Positions 20,344 to 29,531 of a stretch of 64,000 nucleotides of DNA are shown piece by piece. A program made the translations under genes and the position numbers. The stretch is from Candidatus Eiseniibacteriota bacterium (lineage in GTDB: Bacteria > Eisenbacteria > RBG-16-71-46 > JABDJR01). The DNA is taken from NCBI GenBank assembly GCA_963762255.1, contig CAVXKA010000001.1, forward strand, positions 128,001 through 192,000, written 5' to 3'. The notes beneath the pieces are model-generated. The model ran no database searches and was not told where the DNA came from. It worked only from the letters and a program-made list of their open reading frames with translations. Every line of letters starts with the position of its first letter. The first letter of the stretch is position 1.

Positions 20344-21282
20344 ATGCGCCTCGCTGACAGGATCCGGCTCAACCTCGCGGACCTGGCGGTGCTTCCACGC
20401 CGGCTGGAGCTGAAGCTCGCTGAACCCTGCCCCGTTTCTGTTGCGTTGCTGCGCGGTGTCTGGGGAGCCGCGCTCCACGAATCAGCGGGAGAGGTCTATC
20501 GCGAAGTATTCGAGGGCGAAGGATCCGCGCATCTTCGGACCCCCCAGTACGTGCTCAGGCTGGCCCAGCCCCCGGGAACCTCCACGGTTACCCTTGAATG
20601 GGTGACCTTCGGATCTGCTTTGCGTTGCGGCGAGGCTCTAATTCAGGCTTGGCGGCTCGCGGGCGTCATGGGCCTGGGGTCTGAGCGCATTCCATTCCAG
20701 GTGCGTGAAGTCTTGGAATTGGGCCCGGGGGGCGCGCCGGCACCGGTGGGGACATGGCCGGAGGGTTGGCCCGTCTCACTTGACCGGAGCCCCGTGTCCG
20801 GTGTCGACGGGACGCTGCCTGTTCGCGTCGCCTTTCCGTCGGGGGTTCGCGTGATGAGGCGCCTAGCGGGAACTTCGCGCGCGGTTCTCACCGAGTCCCC
20901 TGGCCCCGCTGAGATCGCACTGGGAGCGCTCCGCAGGTTAGCCGCATGCATGCCCGAGGGCTCGGGCATCAACGATGGCCGCGGGCTGCTTGGCTTGCAC
21001 GACGATGTCCGCGACTACGCCCAGGGCGTGCCTCACCTTGGGTGGCAGGGACAGCGATCCGACTACTCCCGCTATTCCGCCCGTCAGCGCGACGAATACG
21101 AGATTCGCGCCGTGACTGGACATCTGGACCTGCCGAAGGGGAGCGGGGAAATCTGGCCGCTCATCGCCGCGGCGCAGTGGCTCCACATCGGCAAGGGTAC
21201 GACGCTCGGGCTGGGACAGCTTGTGATCCTGCCGCTTCCGGATCCGAGCACCTCGGACACAGGGGAGATCCCACAGCTATGA
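20344..21282 (+). CDS. cas6: Cas6 pre-crRNA processing endoribonuclease
   Basis: 'LLRGVWGAAL', 'RYSARQ' and C-terminal G-loop 'HIGKGTTLGLG'. Confidence 0.9.
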   Translation: MRLADRIRLNLADLAVLPRRLELKLAEPCPVSVALLRGVWGAALHESAGEVYREVFEGEGSAHLRTPQYVLRLAQPPGTSTVTLEWVTFGSALRCGEALIQAWRLAGVMGLGSERIPFQVREVLELGPGGAPAPVGTWPEGWPVSLDRSPVSGVDGTLPVRVAFPSGVRVMRRLAGTSRAVLTESPGPAEIALGALRRLAACMPEGSGINDGRGLLGLHDDVRDYAQGVPHLGWQGQRSDYSRYSARQRDEYEIRAVTGHLDLPKGSGEIWPLIAAAQWLHIGKGTTLGLGQLVILPLPDPSTSDTGEIPQL

Positions 21283-22745
21283 AGACGGCTACGCTGGACG
21301 CAGAACTTACGGCCATCGTCGAGAGATGGCGGACCGCAGACCGAAGAGAACAGGACATCATATATGCGAAAGAATTCGCTCCGGGATTCGTGCCTCTCTT
21401 CGCCCAACTTCCTCTGGCGGGAGCCCCGGAATCACTTGGGCGGCCAAAGGGCTTGGTCAGCGTACTTGGTCTATCGTGGCAGCCGGCAGCCTTGATGTCG
21501 GCATGGGCGCATCCAGAGCGGCTATTGGTCCTGGGGACCAAGGAGTCGTTCGCGGTCGAGGTCGCCGGGCGCCACGTCTTGGAGCTGATCCTTCAGTTCT
21601 CCGGTCTGTCGGCCGCAATGGTGGAGCATCGTGCGTTGGAGAGCGACGACGAGGCCGGAATCTACCGTGAAGTTCGCCAGTTCCTGGATCGCCACGGATA
21701 CCGGCCGCGCGAGGTATTCATCGACCCAACCGGTGGAAAGAAGTCGATGTCCGCCGCCGCCAGCCTCGCCGGGTACCTCAGCGGTTCCCCTCTGGTCTAC
21801 GTGGACTACGCCCAATACCAGGAACGAAATCGCATCCCGCTCGCGGGGTCGGAGTTCCCGCGACTGCTGGCGAACCCACTCGATGTCTTCGGCGACATTG
21901 AGAAGGGCCGAGTGTTCGACGCGTTCGATTCCGGTCACTTCGATGAGGCAGAGATCCGCGCCACCGAGTTGGCGGGGCACCTGTACGAACCTCGTCCTGC
22001 GGAGACGCTAGCCCGCGCGGCTGCGGGCTACGGCGCATGGGATGCGTTTCGTTTTCGCGATGCCCTGGCAACACTCAGAGAGGTGCAGGCATTGCTGTCG
22101 AAGCACGACCCCCAAGACCGATGGCACGAAGTCCAGGATATCCGGGAATTACTGCCCGCTCATCTCCAGCACCTGGAGGCGGTCTGTGCCGGCGGCGATA
22201 CGCCGGAGACTTGGCAGGCAGGACGGTGCGTTCTATTGAATCATCTTGCCGCGGCACGCCGCGCCCTGGCCTGGAAGCGGACGAGCGTCGCCGTACTCCT
22301 GCTCTACGCCACCATTGAACGGATGTTGAACCTCTACCTGCGAGCACACTTCGGGATGCGGATGGAGCAGCCGGACTTCACGGCGGTAGACGCGCTCATA
22401 GATCGCGCCGAGTATGAGAAGGCCGGAGCGCTTCTGGGGGAGTCATCTGCATGGCCTCCCCATGAGGGGCCTTTGATGTTCGCGAGTGGGTTGCGCCTTC
22501 TTGCCGGGTTGCGACCCGGCTTGCTGAGCGATAGCGACTTGAAGACGCTCCGGGATCTTGGCAATGTTCGCAATACCTGTGAGTTCGAACACGGTTTCAT
22601 GCCCCGGCCGCCTGACCGCAAACGTGTGGATGATCTCGCGAAGCGGGTTACTCGAATTCTGGAGCACGTCGACGACGCGTGGGGCGGTGAGGATGAACTG
22701 GCAAGATTGCGATTTCCGAGGCTTGTGCCCGGAGGGGCTTCGTAA
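21279..22745 (+). CDS. CARF-HEPN protein (TIGR02710-like), putative cOA-activated ribonuclease
   Basis: CARF motif 'IDPTGGKKSMS', then 'LLANPLDVFG' and C-terminal 'RNTCEFEHG' HEPN-like motif; ATGA overlap with cas6. Confidence 0.82.
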   Translation: MKTATLDAELTAIVERWRTADRREQDIIYAKEFAPGFVPLFAQLPLAGAPESLGRPKGLVSVLGLSWQPAALMSAWAHPERLLVLGTKESFAVEVAGRHVLELILQFSGLSAAMVEHRALESDDEAGIYREVRQFLDRHGYRPREVFIDPTGGKKSMSAAASLAGYLSGSPLVYVDYAQYQERNRIPLAGSEFPRLLANPLDVFGDIEKGRVFDAFDSGHFDEAEIRATELAGHLYEPRPAETLARAAAGYGAWDAFRFRDALATLREVQALLSKHDPQDRWHEVQDIRELLPAHLQHLEAVCAGGDTPETWQAGRCVLLNHLAAARRALAWKRTSVAVLLLYATIERMLNLYLRAHFGMRMEQPDFTAVDALIDRAEYEKAGALLGESSAWPPHEGPLMFASGLRLLAGLRPGLLSDSDLKTLRDLGNVRNTCEFEHGFMPRPPDRKRVDDLAKRVTRILEHVDDAWGGEDELARLRFPRLVPGGAS

Positions 22746-22918
22746 CAAGGCTTTCAGGAAAGCGCGCCTTCCTTCTGTCCGGCGTGTACCCCGGCGCGGC
22801 AGAACACCACGGGTGCGTAATCCCAGGTCTGCCGTCCGGCACACCATGACCCCACGCTAACGTCCCCACGCGGCAGCCGCGAGCCAGGATCCGAGAGAGG
22901 GGGAAGGCGTGATCAAGA

Positions 22919-23917
22919 GCCTCAATCCCCACTTCTTGGGGCGGTAATAGCAAGGACCGATCAAGTCGGGCGCTACCAGCTCGCATCTCAACCGTTCTCA
23001 ATCCCCACGTCTCGGGGCAGTAATCGCAAGGCTCGACCTCTGCATTACCGCCGAGTACTACCGAGAGTCTCAATCCCCACGGCTCGGGGCAGTAATCCCA
23101 AGTCGTCGTCACCTCAGTGGCGAAGACTTGTTTCCGGGTGTCTTAATCCCCACGTCTCGGGGCAGTTATCGCAAGTTGAAACCGGGGCACATCATCCAGG
23201 TCTCGAATGACATGTCTCAATCCCCACGTCTCGGGGCAGCTATCGCAAGCAGCGCGACGCTCGGCTTCATGGACAACACGCCGCGGGCGTCTCAATCCCC
23301 ACGCCTCGGGGCAGTAATCGCAAGGCCGCCGCGATGGTCGCCATCCAGTTCGCGGAGTCGATGTCTCAATCCCCACGTCTCCGGGCAGTAATCGCAAGTC
23401 TCCAGCGGTGACACGACCGATGGGACGCTTCGCTTGTCTCAATCCCCACGTCTCGGGGCAGTAATCGCGAGTCTGATTTCCATCGGCCTGTGCGCCTGCG
23501 CCGACAAGGTCTCAATCCCCACGTCTCGGGGCAGTAATCGCAAGTGGTTCCCCCTTCCGGGTTGGGACCGAATCCTAGCCCATCAAATGCAAGTCCCACC
23601 GGACTAAGAATCGGGGGGCATGTCAGCTTCGCCGAAGCGGCCTAATCCCACCCTGGGGATCAAGTCTCAATCCCCACGTCTCGGGGCAGTAATCGCAAGT
23701 ACATCAAGCAGAGAGTGTGTATCAAGTGGTAGGTGGTCTCAATCCCCACGTCTCGGGGCAGTAATCGCAAGCCTTTGTCACGTGGAAGACTGGGAACTCG
23801 CTCGTTAGGTCTCAATCCCCACGTCTCGGGGCAGGAATCGCAAGTCGCGCGGCCATCCGCGCCAAGATGGAGGGGGAATGAGTCTCAATCCCCACGTCTC
23901 GGGGCAGTAATCGCAAG
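22919..23917 (-). CRISPR. CRISPR array 2: about 14 repeats (CTTGCGATTACTGCCCCGAGACGTGGGGATTGAGAC on - strand)
   Basis: 36-bp repeats, more degenerate at the left end, with leader-like sequence on the right; one 119-bp spacer at 23545-23663. Confidence 0.96.
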
Positions 23918-24020
23918 TCTACCGCTGTAACCTCTTATCCTGCAAGGACTCTGGGGCTGATTTCCGCCGACTTCGACGGTGCGAGCCCCACCTCCATGGC
24001 GCACTTGAAGTGGCAAGCCA
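23918..24020 (-). promoter_or_regulatory. Leader of CRISPR array 2
   Basis: Shares 'gtaacc.ctt', 'caagg..tctg' and 'tttccgccgac' blocks with the array 1 leader at the same distance from the repeat. Confidence 0.65.
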
Positions 24021-24589
24021 TGACCTCTTCTTTCACAAGCCCCGCCAGCCGCGGCCCGTCTGACGCGCCGTAACGTTGGACTTCCCCATCCATTCCGATG
24101 ATTGACAACTCCACGCCCTCGCGACACCGGCGGGCGGCGGGTGGGCTTGCAGAACCTCTCCACGTCCGATTCTGTCTGGGGGAGGTCACACTGAGAATAG
24201 GAGCCGATCATCGCGAAACCGTCTGGGCGCATGCGGAGCCTGTCGGCAAGAGCATGACACATGGCGGTTCGCCGCCAACACGATCCACGCGCAGCTCAAC
24301 CGACTCCGGGCCGCGGACCCGGCGATGGGGCCGCTGATCACGGACCTGTGGCGCATGGTCAAGCGAGGCATGGATGCCGCTTGGCGCGAGAAGCTGGGAC
24401 GCTACGTCTCATTCCTGAGCCCCCCGCAAAGATCTTGTCATGCTCGCAGCGCTGTCCTATGGTCGGGCTCGACCCTCACAGGAGGTTATGTGGTGAGCAC
24501 ACCCCTCGCCCCTGTCCTGGATCGCGAGCGCGCCCTTGCCTCGGCGACCGCGCCACTCGTCGCGCTCGCAGTGTTCATCGGAACGCTCT

Positions 24590-25070
24590 CCTCCCCTTCG
24601 AAGCCGGGGACACGCTCACCATCGTGCAGCGATCGAGAATCGAGCCGACCGAGTGCCGCAAGGGAAGCAAGATCATCTGGACTTGGCGTGCCGGACCCGT
24701 TGTCCCCCCGGAGCCGGAGGACCTGGCGCCTCCTCCCGAGGATTTGATCCCGACCATCAGCGTCGGGCTGAACCGCATTGCGTGGGGCCCCTCGGCGACG
24801 TGGGAGGAGCCTGCGACCAGCTATTGGAGCAAACTTGCCGAGACCACATTCGAGGGTGTCGATGAGACGATCACTTCGGATCGTGACGAGAGCGGGCTGC
24901 CGGCGTTCGAGCGCGTCTTGGCCCGCGTGCAGGCCAACGTCCGGTACGTGGCCGTCGAGCTCGGCAAGGGAGGCAAGATCCCGCACGCCGCCGACGACCG
25001 ATTGCGTGATCTGCTGGCCCTCTGCAAGGCATGGCAGGAGTCCCGGAACAGCGCAGCGATCGTGGAGTAG
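24590..25070 (+). pseudogene. Remnant of a DUF3857/transglutaminase-like gene
   Basis: 'VQANVRYVAVELGKGGKIPH' resembles the pre-catalytic segment of that family, but the GDCKD motif is absent and there is no clear start. Confidence 0.5.
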
Positions 25071-25089
25071 GGCCGGCGAGCCGGTCTGC

Positions 25090-26271
25090 TCAGTCGGTCC
25101 GAACTCGCTGGTAGGCTTCGCGAAACGGAATCCCCTCTTCCTGCACCAGGCGGTACGCGCATTCCGCCGCGCGCAGCGAGGGATCCATAGCTTCACTCAG
25201 GCGCGCCGCCTCGAACCGGATGCCGGGGATCGCATGCGCGAACATGTGCGCGGTCGCGCTCACCGAGTCGAAACCCCGGAATAGCGGCTTCTTGATGAGC
25301 TGGAGATCGCGATGGTAGCCCGACGGCATCTTGGCGGTGATGTCGAGCACCTCGTGGAGCGCGGCGAACGCTTCCGCGGTACGCCCGCGCGCGAGCTCGA
25401 AGAGGTCCGGGTTTCGCTTCTGCGGGAGCATGGATGACCCCGTGGTGAATTCGTGAGGCAACACGACGAATCCGAACTCCGCCGTGGCGAAGAGACAGAG
25501 ATCCGCGGCGAGCCTTCCGAAATCCTGCGCGAGCAACGCGGCTTCGAAGAGCGCGGATGCCTCCGCTTTTCCCCGCGAAAGCTGAACGGCGGTCACAGGC
25601 TCGTGCGTCTCCGCGAAACCGAGGCCGTGAGTCGTGTGTTCGCGATCGAGCGCGAGCACCGGCACGCCATAACCCGCCGCAGAGCCGAGCGGGTTCTTGT
25701 CCGCGCGCCGCCGCGCGGCGCGCAGGCCTTCGGCGTCGTCTTCGATTTCGGACGCGAATGCATCGGCCCACAGCGCGACGGTAGAAGGCATGGCGCGCTG
25801 CAGGTGCGTGTAGCCGGGCATGGCAAGATGCCCCTCGCGCGCGGCGAGATCGTGGAGCGCCGCGGTCACGGCGTCGGCTTCCTCCGCGAGTGCGTCGAGC
25901 GCGTCCTTGAGCCAGAGCCGTAGCGCCGCCAGTACCTGATCGTTGCGCGAGCGCCCGAGATGAATGCGCTGTCCCGCTTCGCCGACCGCCGCCACCAGAC
26001 GATTCTCGATTGCGGTGTGGCAATCCTCTTCTTCGAGCGAGACCCGCCACGCGCCGCGCACGTGGGATTCGGCGACGGCGGTGAGCGCAACGTCGAGCGC
26101 GGTGAAATCCTCCGCGGAGAGATAACCGCACGCGCGCAGCATCGCCGCATGAGCGCGGGACGCGCGCACATCGTAGCCGACGAGCCGGTCATCGAGCACA
26201 TGATCCTCGCCCGCGGTGTAGTTGAGCACGAACCGGTCGAGCGGCTCGCCGCGGTCCCAGAGACGGGTCAT
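25090..26271 (-). CDS. argH: Argininosuccinate lyase
   Basis: 'HLGRSRNDQV', 'MPGYTHLQRAMP', 'GSSMLPQKRNPD'. Confidence 0.95.
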   Translation of the reverse strand: MTRLWDRGEPLDRFVLNYTAGEDHVLDDRLVGYDVRASRAHAAMLRACGYLSAEDFTALDVALTAVAESHVRGAWRVSLEEEDCHTAIENRLVAAVGEAGQRIHLGRSRNDQVLAALRLWLKDALDALAEEADAVTAALHDLAAREGHLAMPGYTHLQRAMPSTVALWADAFASEIEDDAEGLRAARRRADKNPLGSAAGYGVPVLALDREHTTHGLGFAETHEPVTAVQLSRGKAEASALFEAALLAQDFGRLAADLCLFATAEFGFVVLPHEFTTGSSMLPQKRNPDLFELARGRTAEAFAALHEVLDITAKMPSGYHRDLQLIKKPLFRGFDSVSATAHMFAHAIPGIRFEAARLSEAMDPSLRAAECAYRLVQEEGIPFREAYQRVRTD

Positions 26272-27455
26272 GACGGGGCTCCTTTGCTCACCGGAGAAGC
26301 GGCATTGATCAGGGCGTCGGGCGCTGCGGCGGAAATCCGCCCGGCGCATTCGCGCACCGCGCGCTCGTAGAAGCGCGCGCCCTCCACGATCTCGCTTTCG
26401 AGAACATACTCGTCCGGCGTGTGGGAGCGCTCGGTGCGGCCCGGCCCGACCTTGATGCCGGGAATGCCGCGGAAGAACACCAGGTCGGAGAGGCCTCGCG
26501 ATCCGAAGAGCTTTGCTTGAGGGCGGGCCACGCGCGCCGCCTCCACCAACGGATGCCCGGCGTCTATCGCGCAGGGGTGAAGGCGGTCGCTCAAGACGCG
26601 CAGCTCGCCTTCAATGACAGTGCGCAACACGGCGAGCACCTCCGCCACGCCGGGCTCTGGGTTCACCCGCACGTCGAGCACGCAGCTCGCCTCGCCCGGC
26701 ACCATGTTGCGCGCCGCACCGCCCTGAATCACGGTCGGCTCCACGGTAACGGGGCCGAGATCGGGATGCGCGGGGCCCAGGTCGACCGCGCTTAACGCAA
26801 CCAGATCCCGCGCCAGCGCGTGGATCGCGCTCGTGGCGCCCAACGCGCGGCCGTGCGCTGCGTGGCAGCCTTGTCCGTGAGCGACCAGTTCCAACACGAG
26901 AAGCCCCTTTTGAGCGATGGCGATGTCGAGGCCGGTCGGCTCGCCCACGATCACCGCGTCGGGCGTGAGGCCGCGACGCGCGAGTTCGGCGACGAGAGCC
27001 TCGGCGCCCTTGCCGCCGGTTTCTTCCTCGGAGGTCAACGCGAGCAGGAGCCGCAGACCGGGAGCGGCCTCGCGCGCACCGGCTGCGCGCCCGCCGCTCA
27101 CGCGATCGCGTAGTCTCAGGAACGCGGCGATCATGGTCGCTACGGAAGCCTTGGCATCGTTGCTCCCGAGCCCGTAGACGCGCCCCTCCTCGACCGTTAC
27201 GTCGTGCGGTGCGCGCGTCCACGCCGGGGTCGGCGGCACCGTGTCGAGGTGCGAGCAGAGGCAGACGGTCGGGCCGCTGCTATGCGTCGTCATGCCGTCC
27301 CACACCGCGAAGAGGCTGTTGCCGTATCGCTCCGCTACCACCCCACGCGCGCTCAACCACTCGACGAGGTACGCGCACAGCGCATCCTCGTCGCGCGACA
27401 CCGACGGGATCGCGACGATCTTGCGATGGAGCGCGAGCAGCTCGGCGTCGGTCAC
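26268..27455 (-). CDS. argE: M20 deacetylase (acetylornithine/acetylcitrulline deacetylase)
   Basis: 'SHLDTVP', 'GLGSNDAK', 'EEETGG', 'SHTPDE'; lies in the arg operon. Confidence 0.85.
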   Translation of the reverse strand: MTDAELLALHRKIVAIPSVSRDEDALCAYLVEWLSARGVVAERYGNSLFAVWDGMTTHSSGPTVCLCSHLDTVPPTPAWTRAPHDVTVEEGRVYGLGSNDAKASVATMIAAFLRLRDRVSGGRAAGAREAAPGLRLLLALTSEEETGGKGAEALVAELARRGLTPDAVIVGEPTGLDIAIAQKGLLVLELVAHGQGCHAAHGRALGATSAIHALARDLVALSAVDLGPAHPDLGPVTVEPTVIQGGAARNMVPGEASCVLDVRVNPEPGVAEVLAVLRTVIEGELRVLSDRLHPCAIDAGHPLVEAARVARPQAKLFGSRGLSDLVFFRGIPGIKVGPGRTERSHTPDEYVLESEIVEGARFYERAVRECAGRISAAAPDALINAASPVSKGAPS

Positions 27456-28438
27456 CGCACCGCACTCCTCGCGCCCGTCGCATCGACCGGCGCGGTCGTC
27501 TCCGTCACCGCCCCCTGCTCCGACGGCGCAAGATCGGCCATGTCCCGCACGATCAACGTGCCGGATCCCTCGTTGGTGAACACCTCCAGAAGGAGACTTC
27601 CCCGCTGCTTGTGTCCCACCACATGCACGCGACGGACGCCGCCCGAAAGCGCCGAGCGCGCGGCGTCGGTCTTGGGAAGCATGCCGCCGTCGAGCGTGCC
27701 TCGCGCCTCCATCGCCGCGAGCGTCTCGAAATCCAGAATGCTCACGAGCGACATCGGCACGCTCTTGTCCTCGAGGATCCCCGGCGTGTCGGTGAGGAAG
27801 ATGAGCTTCTCGGCGGCAAGCGCCGAGGCCACCGCGGCCGCCACCGTGTCCGCGTTGATGTTGAGCACGCGTCCCGTGTCGTCGGCGGCCAACGGGCTCA
27901 TCACGGGAACGAAACCGGCGTCGAGCAGGCGGTCCAGGGCCCCGCGATCCACCGACACGATGTCCCCCACCTCACCGTAGTCGATCGCCACCGGGCCGTG
28001 TCCGAGGTCCTTCATGACCGGCGGACGAATCCGCGCGCGCACGATCCCCGCGTCCACCCCGGACACCCCCACCGCGGCAATGTGCGCCGCGCGGCAGGCT
28101 GCGAGGATCGCGGTGTTGACGGTGCCGTTCAAGGTCATCACCGCGGCCTGCAAGGTTGCCGGATCGGTGACGCGCCGCCCGTCGACCTTGCGCGTCTCGA
28201 TGCCCAACCGTTCGGCCAGGGCCGTGATTTGCGGACCGCCGCCGTGAACGAGCGCCACCCGGATGCCGAACTCGGTCAAGACCGAGACCTGCTCGGCGAT
28301 CCGCGCGAGCGCGGCGGCATCCGTGCAGGTCGAACCCCCGAGCTTGATCACGAACGTCTTACCCTTGTAGAGGCGCACGTACGGAAGCGCGCCGGTCAGC
28401 GCGGCAAGCGTGGCCTCGCGATCGTGAGCGCCCGTCAT
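27452..28438 (-). CDS. argB: Acetylglutamate kinase
   Basis: 'VIKLGGS', 'VHGGGPQI', 'NINADTVA', 'GGMLPK'. Confidence 0.95.
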   Translation of the reverse strand: MTGAHDREATLAALTGALPYVRLYKGKTFVIKLGGSTCTDAAALARIAEQVSVLTEFGIRVALVHGGGPQITALAERLGIETRKVDGRRVTDPATLQAAVMTLNGTVNTAILAACRAAHIAAVGVSGVDAGIVRARIRPPVMKDLGHGPVAIDYGEVGDIVSVDRGALDRLLDAGFVPVMSPLAADDTGRVLNINADTVAAAVASALAAEKLIFLTDTPGILEDKSVPMSLVSILDFETLAAMEARGTLDGGMLPKTDAARSALSGGVRRVHVVGHKQRGSLLLEVFTNEGSGTLIVRDMADLAPSEQGAVTETTAPVDATGARSAVR

Positions 28439-29484
28439 CGTCCCGCCTCCGCAAGCGCGCTCTTGAAGACCCGCACGCCTACCGGACCCGAGAGCATCTC
28501 CTCGAGCAACGCCTTCTGTCCGTGAAGCCGGTTGCCGGCCTGGCGCACGACGACGCTGCGCGGGCCGTCGAGCACCTCGTCGGAGACCTTGACGTTGCGT
28601 CGCACGGGAAGGCAGTGCATGAACTTCGCGTTCGGCCGCGCGGAGGCGAACCACGACTCGCTTACGCACCAATCGCGGAGAGTTGCGCGCATCGGTGCCT
28701 CATCCGCGGGACGCCCGTAGTGCTCGCGAGCCGCCCACGACTTTGCATAGATCACATGCGCGCCGTCCATGGCGGCGGCGCGATCGGAGGTCTCGGCGAT
28801 CGAGCCTCCCGAACGCGCGGCCAACCCACGCGCCTTGGCCATGATCGGCTCGGGCAGCGCATAGCCCTCGGGGCGCAGCACCGTCACCTGCATACCGCGC
28901 CGCGCCGCCATGGCCAGGGCCGAAGCGGGCACCGCGTAAGGCAGCGGCTTCGGGTGGTACGCCCACGAGAGAACGAACTTCCCCCCTGAGCGCGGAATAT
29001 CGAGATCCTCGAGCGTCTTCCAGTCGGCCAGCGCCTGACACGGATGCGAGACCGCAGATTCGAGGTTGATGAACGGCACCGGCGAGAGATCGGCCATGAG
29101 CTTGATGAGGCCGTCGGCGAGATCCTCCTCCAGGTCCTTCCCCTTGGCGAAGCAGCGCACGCCGAGCGCGCTTGCATACTCGGCCAGCACCGGGATCGCC
29201 TCGCGCACGTGCTCCACCGCGTCTCCGTCCATGACCGTGCCGTCGCGCGTCTCCAACGTCCACGATCCCTGGCCGGGGATGATGGTGAAGCTCGTGCCGC
29301 CTAGCTGCGCGATCCCCGCTTCCATCGAAGCCAGCGTTCGCAGCGACGGGTTCATGAAGAGAAGCCCGACCGTGTTGCCGCGAAGGGAGTGGTTGTAGGG
29401 GGCGTGTTCCAGCTCGCGCGCGCGTCGCAGCACCGCTTCGAGGCGGTCGTCGGAAAGGTCGTCGAGTTCGAGAAAACGGTTCAT
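28435..29484 (-). CDS. argF: N-acetylornithine carbamoyltransferase (ArgF')
   Basis: 'FMNPSLRT', 'HPCQALAD', 'WAYHPKPLP', 'HCLPVRRN'; these are AOTCase-type signatures. Confidence 0.9.
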   Translation of the reverse strand: MNRFLELDDLSDDRLEAVLRRARELEHAPYNHSLRGNTVGLLFMNPSLRTLASMEAGIAQLGGTSFTIIPGQGSWTLETRDGTVMDGDAVEHVREAIPVLAEYASALGVRCFAKGKDLEEDLADGLIKLMADLSPVPFINLESAVSHPCQALADWKTLEDLDIPRSGGKFVLSWAYHPKPLPYAVPASALAMAARRGMQVTVLRPEGYALPEPIMAKARGLAARSGGSIAETSDRAAAMDGAHVIYAKSWAAREHYGRPADEAPMRATLRDWCVSESWFASARPNAKFMHCLPVRRNVKVSDEVLDGPRSVVVRQAGNRLHGQKALLEEMLSGPVGVRVFKSALAEAGR

Positions 29485-29531
29485 ATTGAAAGTCTCCTTG
29501 AGAACGGTGGCGGCCGGGATGCGACCGCGAC

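Noticed and set aside
20946-21278. Longer N-terminus for the CARF-HEPN ORF
   Set aside because: It overlaps cas6; the ATG at 21279 with an ATGA junction is more plausible.
23565-23592. Decayed repeat inside the long spacer (aatcc...aatgcaag)
   Set aside because: The spacing is too short and the CCCC/GGGG stem is absent.
23545-23663. tRNA call from the CCA end on the - strand
   Set aside because: No clear T-loop consensus or cloverleaf could be built by eye.
13763-23917. Self-targeting spacers within the window
   Set aside because: None was noticed by eye; an exhaustive alignment was not possible.
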